Source: Pelomyxa schiedti
Taxonomy: Eukaryota > Protista > Evosea
Length of the DNA: 40,561 nucleotides
Direction: 5' to 3'
Assembly: GCA_020536535.1 (NCBI GenBank)
Contig: JAHLWZ010000387.1
Location: 1 to 40,561, forward strand
Shown here piece after piece: positions 30,501 to 40,561 of the stretch. The stretch's first letter is position 1, and each line of letters begins with the position of its first letter. The notes beneath the pieces were generated by a model. It worked only from the letters and a program-made list of their open reading frames with translations, did not search any database and was not told where the DNA came from. Both the position numbers and the translations under genes were made by a program.

Positions 30501-32510
30501 TCATCAGACAACAACCCATCAAACAATAAAAAATGGTGTAGATTTGTGCATAGAATGCTACTGGAATACCATACGGCTAAGGCAGTTGAGAGAGACTTCC
30601 AGGAACTAGAAAAAACACTACCGCAGCAGGTTGTGCCTGGGCAACAATCTCTCCGCAAATCCGCTCCTGGTATACCACTCAAAGCAAGTAGACCCACCTT
30701 GTTTGAAAAGTGCATCAAAAGGCTTTCCCCTGATAACTACGAACTTCTTAGACTCATCTCAGAGTTTGTTCAAAATACCAACCACTGGGAAGTAGTCTTT
30801 TCCTTTGCAGTGAACAAGTTTTTAGGGAAACTTCAAAGGAAAAAAGCGCAATTTGAGTTGGATATGAGCATGTGTGGGGACAACTTGCTGACAAGAGAGT
30901 ACTGGTGTTCAAAGCTTCGCTTGGATATTTGTGTATTAATGGCAACAATTATTGGGGGGAAAGCAGGCACGTACTTTGTAAACGCAGTAACAGTACCTGA
31001 AAGTACTATTGGTTCAATCGGAAAGCTTTTTTCTGCAAAGAAATCCCCTGTTTTTTACCAATTAATGGTGGAACCTTCTGCCAGGTATGGTAACATATTC
31101 CTACTGAGACATTTCATAGAATGTGGCGGGAAGAACCAAATCAAGGACGCTTTATTCATCGCCTTTGTAGCCAACCAAGGCCATGTTGTTGAGTGGTTGC
31201 ACTCAACCTACAGTGGTCTTCATACAGTTTCAGTAGCTGACGCCGCTCATATTGGTAACACGGAGGCCGTCATATCCCTCATAAAAGCTCAACCACCTGG
31301 GGTCTCGGTCACTAATGCAGTGATTCAAGCGACTAATGCTGCAGTGGAGAGTGACCGTCAGCTTGTCTTGAAACGGCTCCATGAATGTAACTTGATTACA
31401 CCCAAAGATCTGGCTCCTTTCATTTGCAAGTCCTGGAAATTGCATAAGATGTGCAAGTGTTTCCACTTCCTGAGTCGCTTAGTCTGCACTGACTTGCTGC
31501 AGCTTGATTGGACTACATTTGGAGTTGTGTCTTGGCTTGGGGTAGAAACAGAAATGCTTCGGGCATTTTCTGAATTTATTGATGGGAAATTACTCACCAA
31601 GATTGACCTTGGGTGTCTGAAGGTTGAAGACATTACATTGACATCTCTTATTCAGAAATGCAGTAGCCTTCTGACACTGGAAGTTCACTCTCCTAAGGTA
31701 ACAGACAAAAGTCTTTATGTACTTGCGAAGTCGTGTTGCAATCTTTCTTGCCTCAACCTTGCGTACTGTAATGTTTCCGACTCGGGTGTCATCTCCGTGT
31801 TAAAGTCGTGTATATTTCTCACGTCACTCAATCTGAACATGACCCAAACAAGTGCCAAAGCCGTTCTTGCTATTGCTCAATCTGACACTAAATTCACAAC
31901 CCTTTCCCTGAACAACGGTGCTTCCGCCCAGCATGTCCTACAATTCGTGGAAAAGCACCCTGACCTTACCTCCTTGGAGATATCTGGTCCAAGCATTTCC
32001 GACGCTGAAACTCTAACCTCGCTTCAATGCTTCCCGGCACTTGCGACTTTGGGCTTGTACCAGGTTGAAGGTGTCGGGCAGGAATGGATGCTCCAGCTCA
32101 CACAGTTATGCTACCTTCAATCCCTGTCTGTTTGGGGTGCAGTGCTTACAGATAGCGTTTTCTCGGTTCTCCTGAGAATGCCGGCACTCAAATCCCTCAA
32201 ATTGCACAAAGTAGAGCTCCTAGGGACCGGCACCCGTGACTTCTTGAAACCACCTTTTTGCTCTCTCCACAGCTTGGAACTGTGGTGTTCCAACATTTCA
32301 TCCACCGGCATTTCTGGCATTCTACAATTGATACAGACCAGAGCAAACCAAAGCCCCACAACCAACACCGAGACTGTCACTTTTGAAGGAGTACCTTACC
32401 CCATACAAACACCATGTTCTGATGTACTTATCTTTGTGACCACACCATGTCCACCCAAATGGAGGGACCTGCACAGACGAAACATCATCAGATTTTGTGG
32501 TAAATCGTAG
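27510..32510 (+). CDS. NLR-like STAND protein: cPLA2/lysophospholipase domain + NACHT + ankyrin-like repeats + LRRs (intronless, 1666 aa)
   Basis: SSGGGVRS (G186-188), GLSGSTW (S218) and DAG (D499); Walker A AAVGSGKST (K735); Walker B LWVFDSFDE (807-811); sensor IIASR; TPL; winged-helix FVHRMLLEYHTA (~1012); ankyrin-like helices aa ~1190-1295; LRRs aa ~1360-1610. Confidence 0.88.
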   Translation: MSQGAAPSLSIKVRSSVSLPHSYLTFLPAIQSSLEHSIEAEQRAAVARSRITEAAIINLLRRHDADSLKRRFKPPTVPPQTTPAVAVNCGAACETRDSAAPASALTNTAATNGHSAASDSVGTTTTLTREHEEHDALMDSSGIVFSSGDNDCGGAPPNDPLEDEKDAISSEGPRCVTGHVAICSSGGGVRSLTATVGFMDGLCETGILDCVEYCAGLSGSTWCFSQWLTDPLCGNPFHGDTDPWACTTEPLSGASPLSLPEPPMDATNPTNLPAVPYVSPPSQHRINDKGTIPHALTLSTHLGLKQQLEQTSPERPFSLFLVGLGLDWKQVTQALWQGLKSRDSAAVNAWASILASQLMQKRCEIAGIPSPRDILFSSCAEKCNTGKFPIPICTTICSRNGDGNREWVDISPFIVRKSRVPVCSTKNLALDPIPILMAVCGSAFAIDLKTKIPPLGYATLESMEERLPYCIQKYVHPLLQQHFPAHGVWHESLVGDLRDAGLDCNIPLPALQQRTSADGRGVSLILVLDSSRKTLGCEQLAKAVDKGYFRISEADRDKLRAPFGPTEGVRFFRPARMGDPAVLYFRGYTLLRTITLAFTSEQVDAMTSHVRQLVVNNAQTIAWAIKKYCTTPCSKVLPLLKNVVECTNMREIVRRKLSLFYKEKFTTMSFFDNNIDPRNFASVFCKMLLTPESKNDTGMPEKETSHKVDIEQLPALLLASRKKRCILEAAVGSGKSTICKFLCREQGNDTSSFAAIVLIELQSVEPEALSADNFDVFKFITEKLGIRDEQVTTFIQNYCSEVLWVFDSFDEVDSNPHFSKFLQHLRDGNVRWAQWAIIASRMERRHSHFVNAMCIKVQPWSEDNAVEYIEKFFGNMESSGEGPPELGKQKAKKILRNIPIGDKTPLICELVCTIAHKLPADSTSKLSLLSNITDYLWERAMIKFGNEFSLEAVHQAQERLLDLSSEAYCASDGRIALDVSQSIDGLVFRSGLLCQFGSSDNNPSNNKKWCRFVHRMLLEYHTAKAVERDFQELEKTLPQQVVPGQQSLRKSAPGIPLKASRPTLFEKCIKRLSPDNYELLRLISEFVQNTNHWEVVFSFAVNKFLGKLQRKKAQFELDMSMCGDNLLTREYWCSKLRLDICVLMATIIGGKAGTYFVNAVTVPESTIGSIGKLFSAKKSPVFYQLMVEPSARYGNIFLLRHFIECGGKNQIKDALFIAFVANQGHVVEWLHSTYSGLHTVSVADAAHIGNTEAVISLIKAQPPGVSVTNAVIQATNAAVESDRQLVLKRLHECNLITPKDLAPFICKSWKLHKMCKCFHFLSRLVCTDLLQLDWTTFGVVSWLGVETEMLRAFSEFIDGKLLTKIDLGCLKVEDITLTSLIQKCSSLLTLEVHSPKVTDKSLYVLAKSCCNLSCLNLAYCNVSDSGVISVLKSCIFLTSLNLNMTQTSAKAVLAIAQSDTKFTTLSLNNGASAQHVLQFVEKHPDLTSLEISGPSISDAETLTSLQCFPALATLGLYQVEGVGQEWMLQLTQLCYLQSLSVWGAVLTDSVFSVLLRMPALKSLKLHKVELLGTGTRDFLKPPFCSLHSLELWCSNISSTGISGILQLIQTRANQSPTTNTETVTFEGVPYPIQTPCSDVLIFVTTPCPPKWRDLHRRNIIRFCGKS

Positions 32511-32621
32511 TGTAAAATAAATACAATAAATTTTTGTTTTTAACACAGAGGGTTCTCTTCTTTTTCTTTACTCCTAACATACACTTGAAATAGAAGGGTG
32601 CTCCTTCCTAGCAAATTGATG

Positions 32622-35089
32622 CTAGTGGTGGTGATTTGGCCTGATGTGTACTGGGGGCAAGGAGGGGCAGTTTGCAAGTGAATTTATTACCTCGGATAGG
32701 ACTGTAGCCACAGGCATGGGAGAAGCCAGTCCTGGTACCATAACCATTGGTACACTGTGTTTGGTCTCCAGGGCTGTACAGCATGCTCTGAGGGCACATA
32801 GTGCCTGTACTGGCACGGCTTGCCTCTCTTTGGTGTGCCTATCAAGAAGTCCGGAGGCTGCAAGAAGCCAATCACTGCGGTCAGAAGCTGGCATCATATC
32901 GAAAAAGGTATAGGATGTGATTCGCAAACTGTTTGAATGTGAGTAAAACTGGGAGGAAAAGAGCATGAGCATTACTCGGTTTTAACCAAGTCGAAATCAG
33001 TGTTAAGCTTTGCGTACAATTCCCATGAAAACTCAAATTGTTGGGATGTTGATTGTTCTACTTTCCTATGGCATACAGTCTACACTGATCATAGAAATTC
33101 GTGGATTAGTAGGTCAAATATAGGTAGATAAACCAAAAAAAAAAAAAAAAGCCCGAGCCCACTTACAATGTGGGTGGAGCTGAACTTCAAGTTGGCTTCC
33201 CTCACGGAATCTCGTTTGTCTTTAAATGGAAAGCGTGCATGCAGTCGTTCCCTCAGCCTTTTGTAGGCAAAAAAAATAAAATCCTGTTGGAGCGATTGGC
33301 AGTAAGATATCATGTGGATTTTACTTTGGGTTTTTTAAACGTGTTATACTTGCGATAATAAGGATACACATTTCAAGAACTTCGGCTCTGATGGAAATTT
33401 TTGGAAATCGATAAAGCCTGATTGCTGATTTAACTAGGTTTTCGTGAGTATTTTTCACAGAGAATCTAAAAACCTCAGTTACACGAGCAAGGAGAGGGCC
33501 AGTCTCAGCTCCATCAAAATATTGCGCAATTGTGCAGATAATTCGATATTTGGCCTCAGGAACGGAATCTAGGAGAGCGGATTGAAACAGAATCTTTCCA
33601 CTTTGTATTATCGACACCCTAGTAGTTGATTCAACTGTCAGTTTTTTTTTTTTTTTTTGGGAAAGGACAGGAAACAACCCAGATGTTAGAAGAGTCCATG
33701 GGCGTACTGCAGATGGCACTTGTGTAAGGAACTACTGTATGTGAGCATTATTGAAGCAGAGTACACTGTCTCCATACTCGTTGGAATGCAATGTTCGGGT
33801 GCAATTCAGGTTCAAGTAGTGATATGAGCTCACTTTTTTGGGGCTCTATTACAGAGTCATGTATCCGATAATCTGTGACATATAATTGGGCCTGAATGTC
33901 TCCACTGTCTGGTGTTAAATTGTACAAACAAGAAGAAAAGAAGCCAACCTGGTCTTTATTTCCATCTCCAAATCCCAATCAAATGAAAACATATCGGGTT
34001 CATGAGATAGTTGTCCTTTGTGGTGGGTCACTGTGAGGTCTGCTCGTCTGCTTCTATGTTTACAAATTGCTACATCAATATGCCAAGTTCCTTTGTTGTC
34101 TTTGAAAGGATATTTTGGATAAATTAGCTGCCTGTAGTACATAACAGCAGGATAAATTACATCTACTTGGTGTTCAAATACAGGGAAAAATTGGAAATCA
34201 TTACCTTGGCATACACACTTCATTGCTTTTATGGTTGCTAACTCTTCATTAGCTTCTTCAAGAAAGTGCTGCAATACTAATCAGGGAGTGAAATAGAGGG
34301 ATAAAAATCACTTGGAATTGCTCTGCAAAGTCAGCATCTTTGCGTGCAACATGCTTTTGAAACAACTGCTCCAGACTCGCTGCATCCTCCTCAGTTTCAG
34401 CTGATGTATACAAAGCCTTCAGCATGGCAAACCCTCTTTCCAGATCAGGCGCATCCTCACTTGTTCCGGTGTCACTGTTAAACAGTACTTTGCCTTTGAA
34501 AAAGAAAAGAAATTAGAATTAGGGGTGCTATAAGCCAGTGTTCTGGGGGAAAAAAAAAAAAAAAAGGATCCCCCCCCTCCCCAGTCAAAACACGAATATC
34601 AATCCCATAATAAGCACCTGAGAGTCTATCAAGTACACGAAACGTGTGAGAAAGCCTGAGCCAGTCCTTGGCCACGGGCAATTTCGACACAGGCTTCGAC
34701 GTGATCTCCTTCACGCCGCCGCCGACGGTGATGTTCTTGTCGATGGCCAGCGGAGGGAGCGCGGCAGGGGGCGCGGCCGCCGCCGTGGTGGACGGCGAGC
34801 TTAGCGACGGCGAGGACTGCGAGAACGCCGAGGCGAGCGGCAGCATGGAGGCGATGGCCGACCCCCGCTGGCCCATGCGCGCCAGCGTGCTGGTGCTGCG
34901 CGGGGACGGCGGCGGGGGCGACGGCGACGTCGACGGCGACGACGAGAGCGGCGAGTGGCTCGTCGCGTGGGGCGACAGCGGCGCCGAGGACGACAGCACC
35001 GACGGCGCCGAGGAGTGCGACGACGACGGCGACGAGATCGGTATGGCCGCGCTCGAGTTGCTGCTGCTGTTGTTCGTTGCCGAAGACAT
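32622..35089 (-). CDS. Hypothetical protein with Ser/Pro-rich N-terminus and two tandem copies of a domain resembling the amoebozoan GlfB-like C-terminal domain
   Basis: The pattern [Q]...PFKD...VxHxK.[QE].S...FxFxWxL occurs twice: KCVCQ...YPFKDNKGTW...VTHHKGQLSHEPDMFSFDWDL and CQSLQQ...FPFKDKRD...VCHRKVEQSTSQQFEFSWEL. The family name is from memory and was not searched. Confidence 0.55.
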
Positions 35090-35303
35090 CGTTTTTGTTT
35101 GTTTTTTTTTACGGCTCGTTTTGTTGTTGTTCTTTTTGGACTTTGAAGGGACAGGATGCCTTCCTAATCTGGTATTTAGAAAATGTAAGTTCGTTCCTCA
35201 ACGTCACTCACGCTTGTCATGACAACTTACTGTTCCTCTACTGAGTGGCTCTGTTGTTTGTTTGTTTGCTATTGGGCAACCTTCTCCCTCAGTTTTCTTT
35301 CTT

Positions 35304-37699
35304 CTAGGGGTACAGAACAAGAATGGATGTAGAGAATGGTGTGAGGTCAAACGAGGATACATCGGAGATTGCTCTGGAACGAGGGGGTGTATCGCCAGTG
35401 GTCTCGTCCACGTAGTACAGGATTCCACTTGTTGTTGCAGTTCCGCCGGAATTGATTCCTACGGTTGCGGTGCTGTACAACTTGTTCACTAACAGAACTT
35501 TCTTCTGGCCAGTTCCTTCTGTGGTGACCGCCTTTGTTAAACCGGACCGTGTGAGAGAAGTTTAGATTGGGTTGGTTGCTTGCGGAAGGGAAAGGGAGTG
35601 AGTACTTGTGCAAACACTTGGGTTGCTTGGTCTGGGGGGTAGCCATATCCACCTGAGCCACTGCACCTTGCTTGTACTTTCAGTGTTTTGTAGGTACCAT
35701 AGCACGGGTCTCCAAAGTACGGATAAGACGGTATTTCACAGCTGAGTTTTTGGTTGGTCTTTGGGTGTATGTTTAACAATACCTTTGCTTTCCAACGCAA
35801 TTGGTAACAGCATAATCATAAACCCCCTCAGCATTGCAACTTTCATCCACTGAGTAATTACCACAATGGCCTGTTGGTGTACCAAAGGCAGCAAAATCGA
35901 TCGAGGTTATCACTGCAAATGAGTCGGAACACTATCCACTCAATCAGGTTTTTTACCCGGCTGTGAAGGTTTTGAGAAAGAGAGTTTACTTGAAGAAGAG
36001 CGCTGTCGTATGAAACTGCACCATTTACAAGAGCACAGAAGGGATTTTCAGCTTCCGTTTCTGGTTCTGTTGTCCTAACGAAATTGTCTCCTGGTGTAAA
36101 GTGCTCCAGAAGCAGTCTGAGAACCCAGTACCTTGCATTTCCCTCTCCAGTGGTCCAATTTGTCATGGACACGGAAGGATATTGCGGGTCTGGGATGCCC
36201 CACTCTAATTTAATTACTCACCATTCCTGTAGTTTCTTTTAGTTTTGGTGTTACCTGGAATTTCTGGTGAGCCACAAAGTTGGGACTCCCCGAATACTTC
36301 AACACCATAAGGAGCTAACTTGCCGAACAAGTATGCGTACATAGCTCCAGCAGCAGGCCAGTATGAAGAGGATGGGATAGCCGCACCCGGAGTGTTATCA
36401 TCGGGGAGGATAACACCCAACTCGTCCAGATCGATTTTAGTTGAAGGTGAAATGGAGTTCCTCTGGGGAAGAACCGTGTTTACCATAGTTGAAATAAACC
36501 CATCTGCAGAAGAGAAGAATCTGAATGGGAATTACCTTGGAGAATTGAAACAAAAAATAGAAACGCACGTTTCATAAGAATAAGGATCAGTGCGAGATGA
36601 ACAGCTTGCATAAAAATGGAGAGAAATCCAGTCTAATGGTGTTGTGGAAGGATTGTGGTTGGAGTGATCAATGAAGTAAGGAACCCAGTCGGATGAGGCA
36701 CCACCAATTCCCATGAATTTGATGGTGTGCTTTTTGGTAAAATTAATTTAAGCAGCTAGAATAAAAGGTCTACATTTGGAGAGGCTTCTTGAATAGCTGC
36801 AACCACAGAATCATAAGTTTTAGTGTAGGTGACTACATCATAGCCATGTTCAGCTTCATTGAATACCTCCCACACATTGAGTTGATACTTGTGTCCTCCA
36901 TAATGAGTCAAGCCGTTTTCATCAACAAATTGTGCACTTGTCATCCAGCTTACAAGTCTTCTGTAGTAATCAGCAAGCTTGATGAAAGTGAGTCGAACTC
37001 CTTGGTTCAGTCAAAGATACAAGTGGGATATTGTCCAAAACTGGGGCTCCTTTAGGGTAATCCCAGTCTACCTCAGCAGGGTCCGCAGGATAAGACCAGT
37101 CAGTTGTGTCATATAACCACGTTGGTTGTGTGGAGAAGTTGATCACTGTAGTGTGCCCATTGTCGTGAGTAGCTTCCATAAATTGCTTTTTGAGCAGGAG
37201 TCACTAATTGCTCACATTGCTTATATAAGGGATACCGAAAACTCAGGGTCCACGTATGTGAAGTCCCAAGACGTTGAATTTGCAGAGGGTGGCTCCAATT
37301 CTGCCACAGCCACATGAGGGTAAGGAAACCTTTTTGCTGTTTGAGTCCCATGGCCACACAATTCTCAGATAATTAAACAAAGGAATAGGGAAAACCATGG
37401 TACATAGCGAACCATGTCGGCCTGCAAAGCACCCAGCGTCTGAAAGAACTTATCCTTAATGGGGCAACTGTCTGTGAGCAAAGGGTTCGACACAACCTGA
37501 TCTTAAGGTTCAGCCCCAAACACCCAGCCACCCGTAAACAAGGGGGAAAAAGAAAAGGAAAGGAAACCTGCAGCGTGGTGATAGAACGAGACACAGAGTC
37601 GACAGACGTCCAGTCCACGCCGAATACATACGGGTCTAAAGCCGCACATCCCACAATCAACACCAGCACCCCAACGGCAACCGCCGATCGGCACTTCAT
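35304..37699 (-). CDS. Secreted GH39-like (clan GH-A) glycoside hydrolase with an inserted SUEL-type galactose/rhamnose-binding lectin domain
   Basis: Signal peptide MKCRSAVAVGVLVLIVGCAA; WEVFNEAEH (acid/base), ISLHFY and IDLDELGVI (nucleophile); lectin motifs FAAFGTPTGHCG and FGDPCYGTYKTLKVQARC. Confidence 0.8.
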
Positions 37700-37930
37700 T
37701 CTTGCCGTTTTAAAGATCGTTTCCGATTGTATCTAGTCTGGTCCTCCGGGACCTGGGACTGCAATTGCCCCCGAAACAACGCGGGGTTTGTGTAACAAGC
37801 ACCATTGAACCGGCAGCCTCAGGATTTGGTGCAGGACAGCGTGGTTCACTTGGTTGATAACGGTCTCGGCGAAACCGAGAAAAATCACGGATCTTTTTCG
37901 CACAAGCACTTATCTTCCAAAGTGCAGCGT

Positions 37931-40561
37931 ATGTCGTTGCGTAGCGCCGAAGAGCAGCCAGACCTAGGTGCCAACAAAGGCGGCCTAAGCGCGTCTGCCG
38001 AACCCCCTTCCACGCCATCACCCTCCTCCCCGTCTTCATGTGATGCCACCACTGCGGCTACCAGTGCTGCTGCAACAACCACAACCGCGGCTAGTGCTGC
38101 ACACACAGAAGTCGGCGGATCTACGACGAGAAAGCGGTCGGGGTCGTCGTCGGAAAAGCCTTCGGAGAAGACAGTGACTTTGGAGGAGGCCGCGTGTGGG
38201 CACGGCATGATGCTTGTCCACACCACGACGAAAGCAAAGTGGAGTGATTTGCAGAAGCAAGCGGCTTCTAGTTCTACTTCTAGTTCTAGTTCTACTGCTT
38301 CGGCGGCGACACCCGCTGTAGTTTTTCTACTTCTATAGTTAGTACGAAACTAATGGGATAAAAGAGAGCAGAACTAAAAGGACCTGGTGGGCTAACTGCC
38401 AGCTTTGGGGAAAAACTTGTGAAGAAGGCACTGTTCCCCGATTTCTTTCTCGTTCTCTTACTGTTCCTTCTCCCTTCACCCAATGGTAGGTGAGTGCTCT
38501 TCAATCTTCTTCTCAGGTTTCCAGAGTGTCTTCTGAGCGGGTTCACGAACTAGAAATTACCTTGGCAGAAAAAGAAGAAATAATTCGAAATCTTCAGCGT
38601 CAGTTGGAAGCAGAACACTTCCTCAGTAACAAACTCATATCTACAAGTTTGGCTCCAAAACCTAAGGTCTGCCCCTCATTTTCTCAATAAATTGCCTACA
38701 CTTCTCTCCAGTTAAGTAGGAACTGGAAAATGGTAAAGATGCAAATTCTTCGAATGTACCGATTAGGGATTGTGGTTCGTGATCTCTTCTGTGTGACTCC
38801 TCTCACATATCGTTAGGCAAAACTGGCAGAACCTGCAAATTGGGCCAAATGGCTGGACACTGCAGTCTTGAATAATGTATTGCTATCAATCACTGAACTG
38901 GTAGAATTTCATCGAATGCTTGTGGACACCAACATGTTACCCTTCCCCCCACCCTCAAGATAATCAACCAACAATATCACAAACAGGCAATGGCACCATG
39001 AGTTTCTAGTTTCTGGTGGCTTGGTGGCAATGATACGATTACTAACTCTCTTTGACTCAATTCCTAAACAGTAAACTTTCTGGCTTTTTTTTTTTTTTTA
39101 ACTCTTCTTCCCAGAAAATTTGATCTTGGAAAAGTAGCCAGACAATCCATTCTAATTAAATGTTTTCTCATTGTTATTGACCACAGGGTTTGTTAATTCT
39201 CCTACGTACTCATACCTAAGTTACACCCTCAAAGAGTTGTCTTGATTACATATTGGAAGAAAACTCAGTTCTTGTTCTCCTGTTTAACTTGATAAAGAAA
39301 ACCACAAATATGTATTTGCGAAGCCGTGTTCTTTCCGTCTATACAGCACTAGTCATGTACTCTCCAAAAGGAGTTTCGTGAGTACTTTCTTCTAAAATAT
39401 GGGCCGTCTATCTGGTTAACTTCTTTCAGGGTTCTTAAGAAGTGTTTAATGAGTATCTTCTCTCACAGATATCATACTCAAACTCATCCTTTTCAGAGTG
39501 CTCACGTTATGCATCACCATATACACTTTTACTTGAGTGGCTTGATGAGGGTGATGAAGGAATTGATGTATGGTCCAGTTGTGACTTTTGTTTCTCCTCA
39601 TACATTGGCAGTTCGCGTGTTTGCGACTCATCAATGCACTCATCAAAACGCCGTTTAACACACTAGAAGACCGAGTAGAAATCAGAAATATATTTATACA
39701 AATGCAGGTCATTGACATGTAATAAAAATGACCATTAATTTTTTTTTTGTAGATCATGGATCTTCTCCAAGTATAATTATGTTCCTTGGCGTTACTGTAA
39801 CCACTCCATTTTCCTCTCCAGTCTTTGAAGGCAACAAGGCTTACTCCTCAATTGGAAGCACAGATAGATTTATTTTGTGAATGCAAAGAAGCTGACGAAA
39901 AGGAATATGCTCAATTGAAACGGGAGCAATCAGTAGAGACAATGTTTCTGTCATATTCAATTTCCAGCATTCGATTTATTGAGCTATAGGGATCTACCAA
40001 CCATTGGTAGCTTCATCATTAGTCGAGCCAAGACCCACCCTGATTTGACAAAACGAGTACTATCAATTTTCCGTGCAATGACCAGAATTCCTGAAGATGA
40101 TGTTATACTCTCGTACTCTTTTTTCCCATTGGCTTTTTGTCTAATACGGACAAGGCTGCAAATATGGAATTTTGTTGCTAAAGCATTGGAAACAGCACTC
40201 GAGATTGCTGAGAGGGATAATATGGATGGTACACTTCCCTAAGAAACCAACTAACTAACTCCTTTTAAGAAATTGAAATTGCATTTGAGGCGGTGACCGA
40301 GGCCCTCAAAACGAGATCTGAAGCTTTACCAACACTACTCTCCAGTGTAGGTCTTGAGGAGGAAATCCAGCCCGAAGCCATTGAAGTCAGTGACCAGGAC
40401 GTTTCCACTGAATCTCCTTCCGTGCCTTCAGCTGGGGGTCCCCCACCCCCTCCCCCCCCTCCGCCACCTGGTGGCCCCTCCCCAGGCGGACCCCCTCCGC
40501 CTCCACCACCTCCACCACCGCCTGGTGCTAAACTTCCAGGGGGCACTGCCCCACCGCCGCC
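37931..40561 (+). CDS. Formin (GBD/FH3 + FH1 polyproline), truncated at window end
   Basis: FH3-like exon FACLRLINALIKTPFNTLEDRVEIRNIF and LEAQIDLF...EAD, followed by repeated GPPPPPPP tracts at 40436-40561. The FH2 domain would lie beyond the window. Confidence 0.82.

Noticed and set aside
34668-35222. Acidic/Gly-rich plus-strand ORF (likewise 12467-13252 and 40265-40546)
   Set aside because: Antisense reading of GC-rich Ser/Pro low-complexity exons on the opposite strand.
1-40561. tRNA, rRNA or intact transposase/reverse transcriptase genes
   Set aside because: None recognisable by eye; tRNAscan-SE, Infernal and a repeat search would be needed to exclude small RNAs.

Overview
Gene-dense, very intron-rich eukaryotic (protist) genomic DNA in the standard genetic code, with short (~39-65 nt) GT-AG introns and a 100-N scaffold gap at 597-696. 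The gene content resembles Amoebozoa, possibly an archamoeba, but that is inference only. Housekeeping genes: SPF30/SMNDC1, RNA polymerase III second-largest subunit (RPC2, ~39 introns), a PQ-loop transporter, a CPA1 Na+/H+ antiporter, EMC4, a GH39 glycosidase with an inserted SUEL lectin domain, and a formin cut by the window end. Two loci stand out. (1) An intronless 1666-aa NLR-like protein with a cPLA2/lysophospholipase domain + NACHT NTPase + ankyrin-like repeats + LRRs, with the lipase and NTPase motifs recognisable. (2) A tandem pair of spliced genes, largely hidden in the ORF track, each encoding a Ras-superfamily GTPase + F-box + Vint-type Hint autoprocessing domain, beside a myristoylation-motif pseudo-GTPase. 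Also present: a MATE gene with internal deletions, a Cache-domain membrane sensor cut by the gap, and a near-identical duplication (1-596 vs 16966-17591) with a swapped promoter segment. All gene models were spliced by eye and need transcript confirmation.
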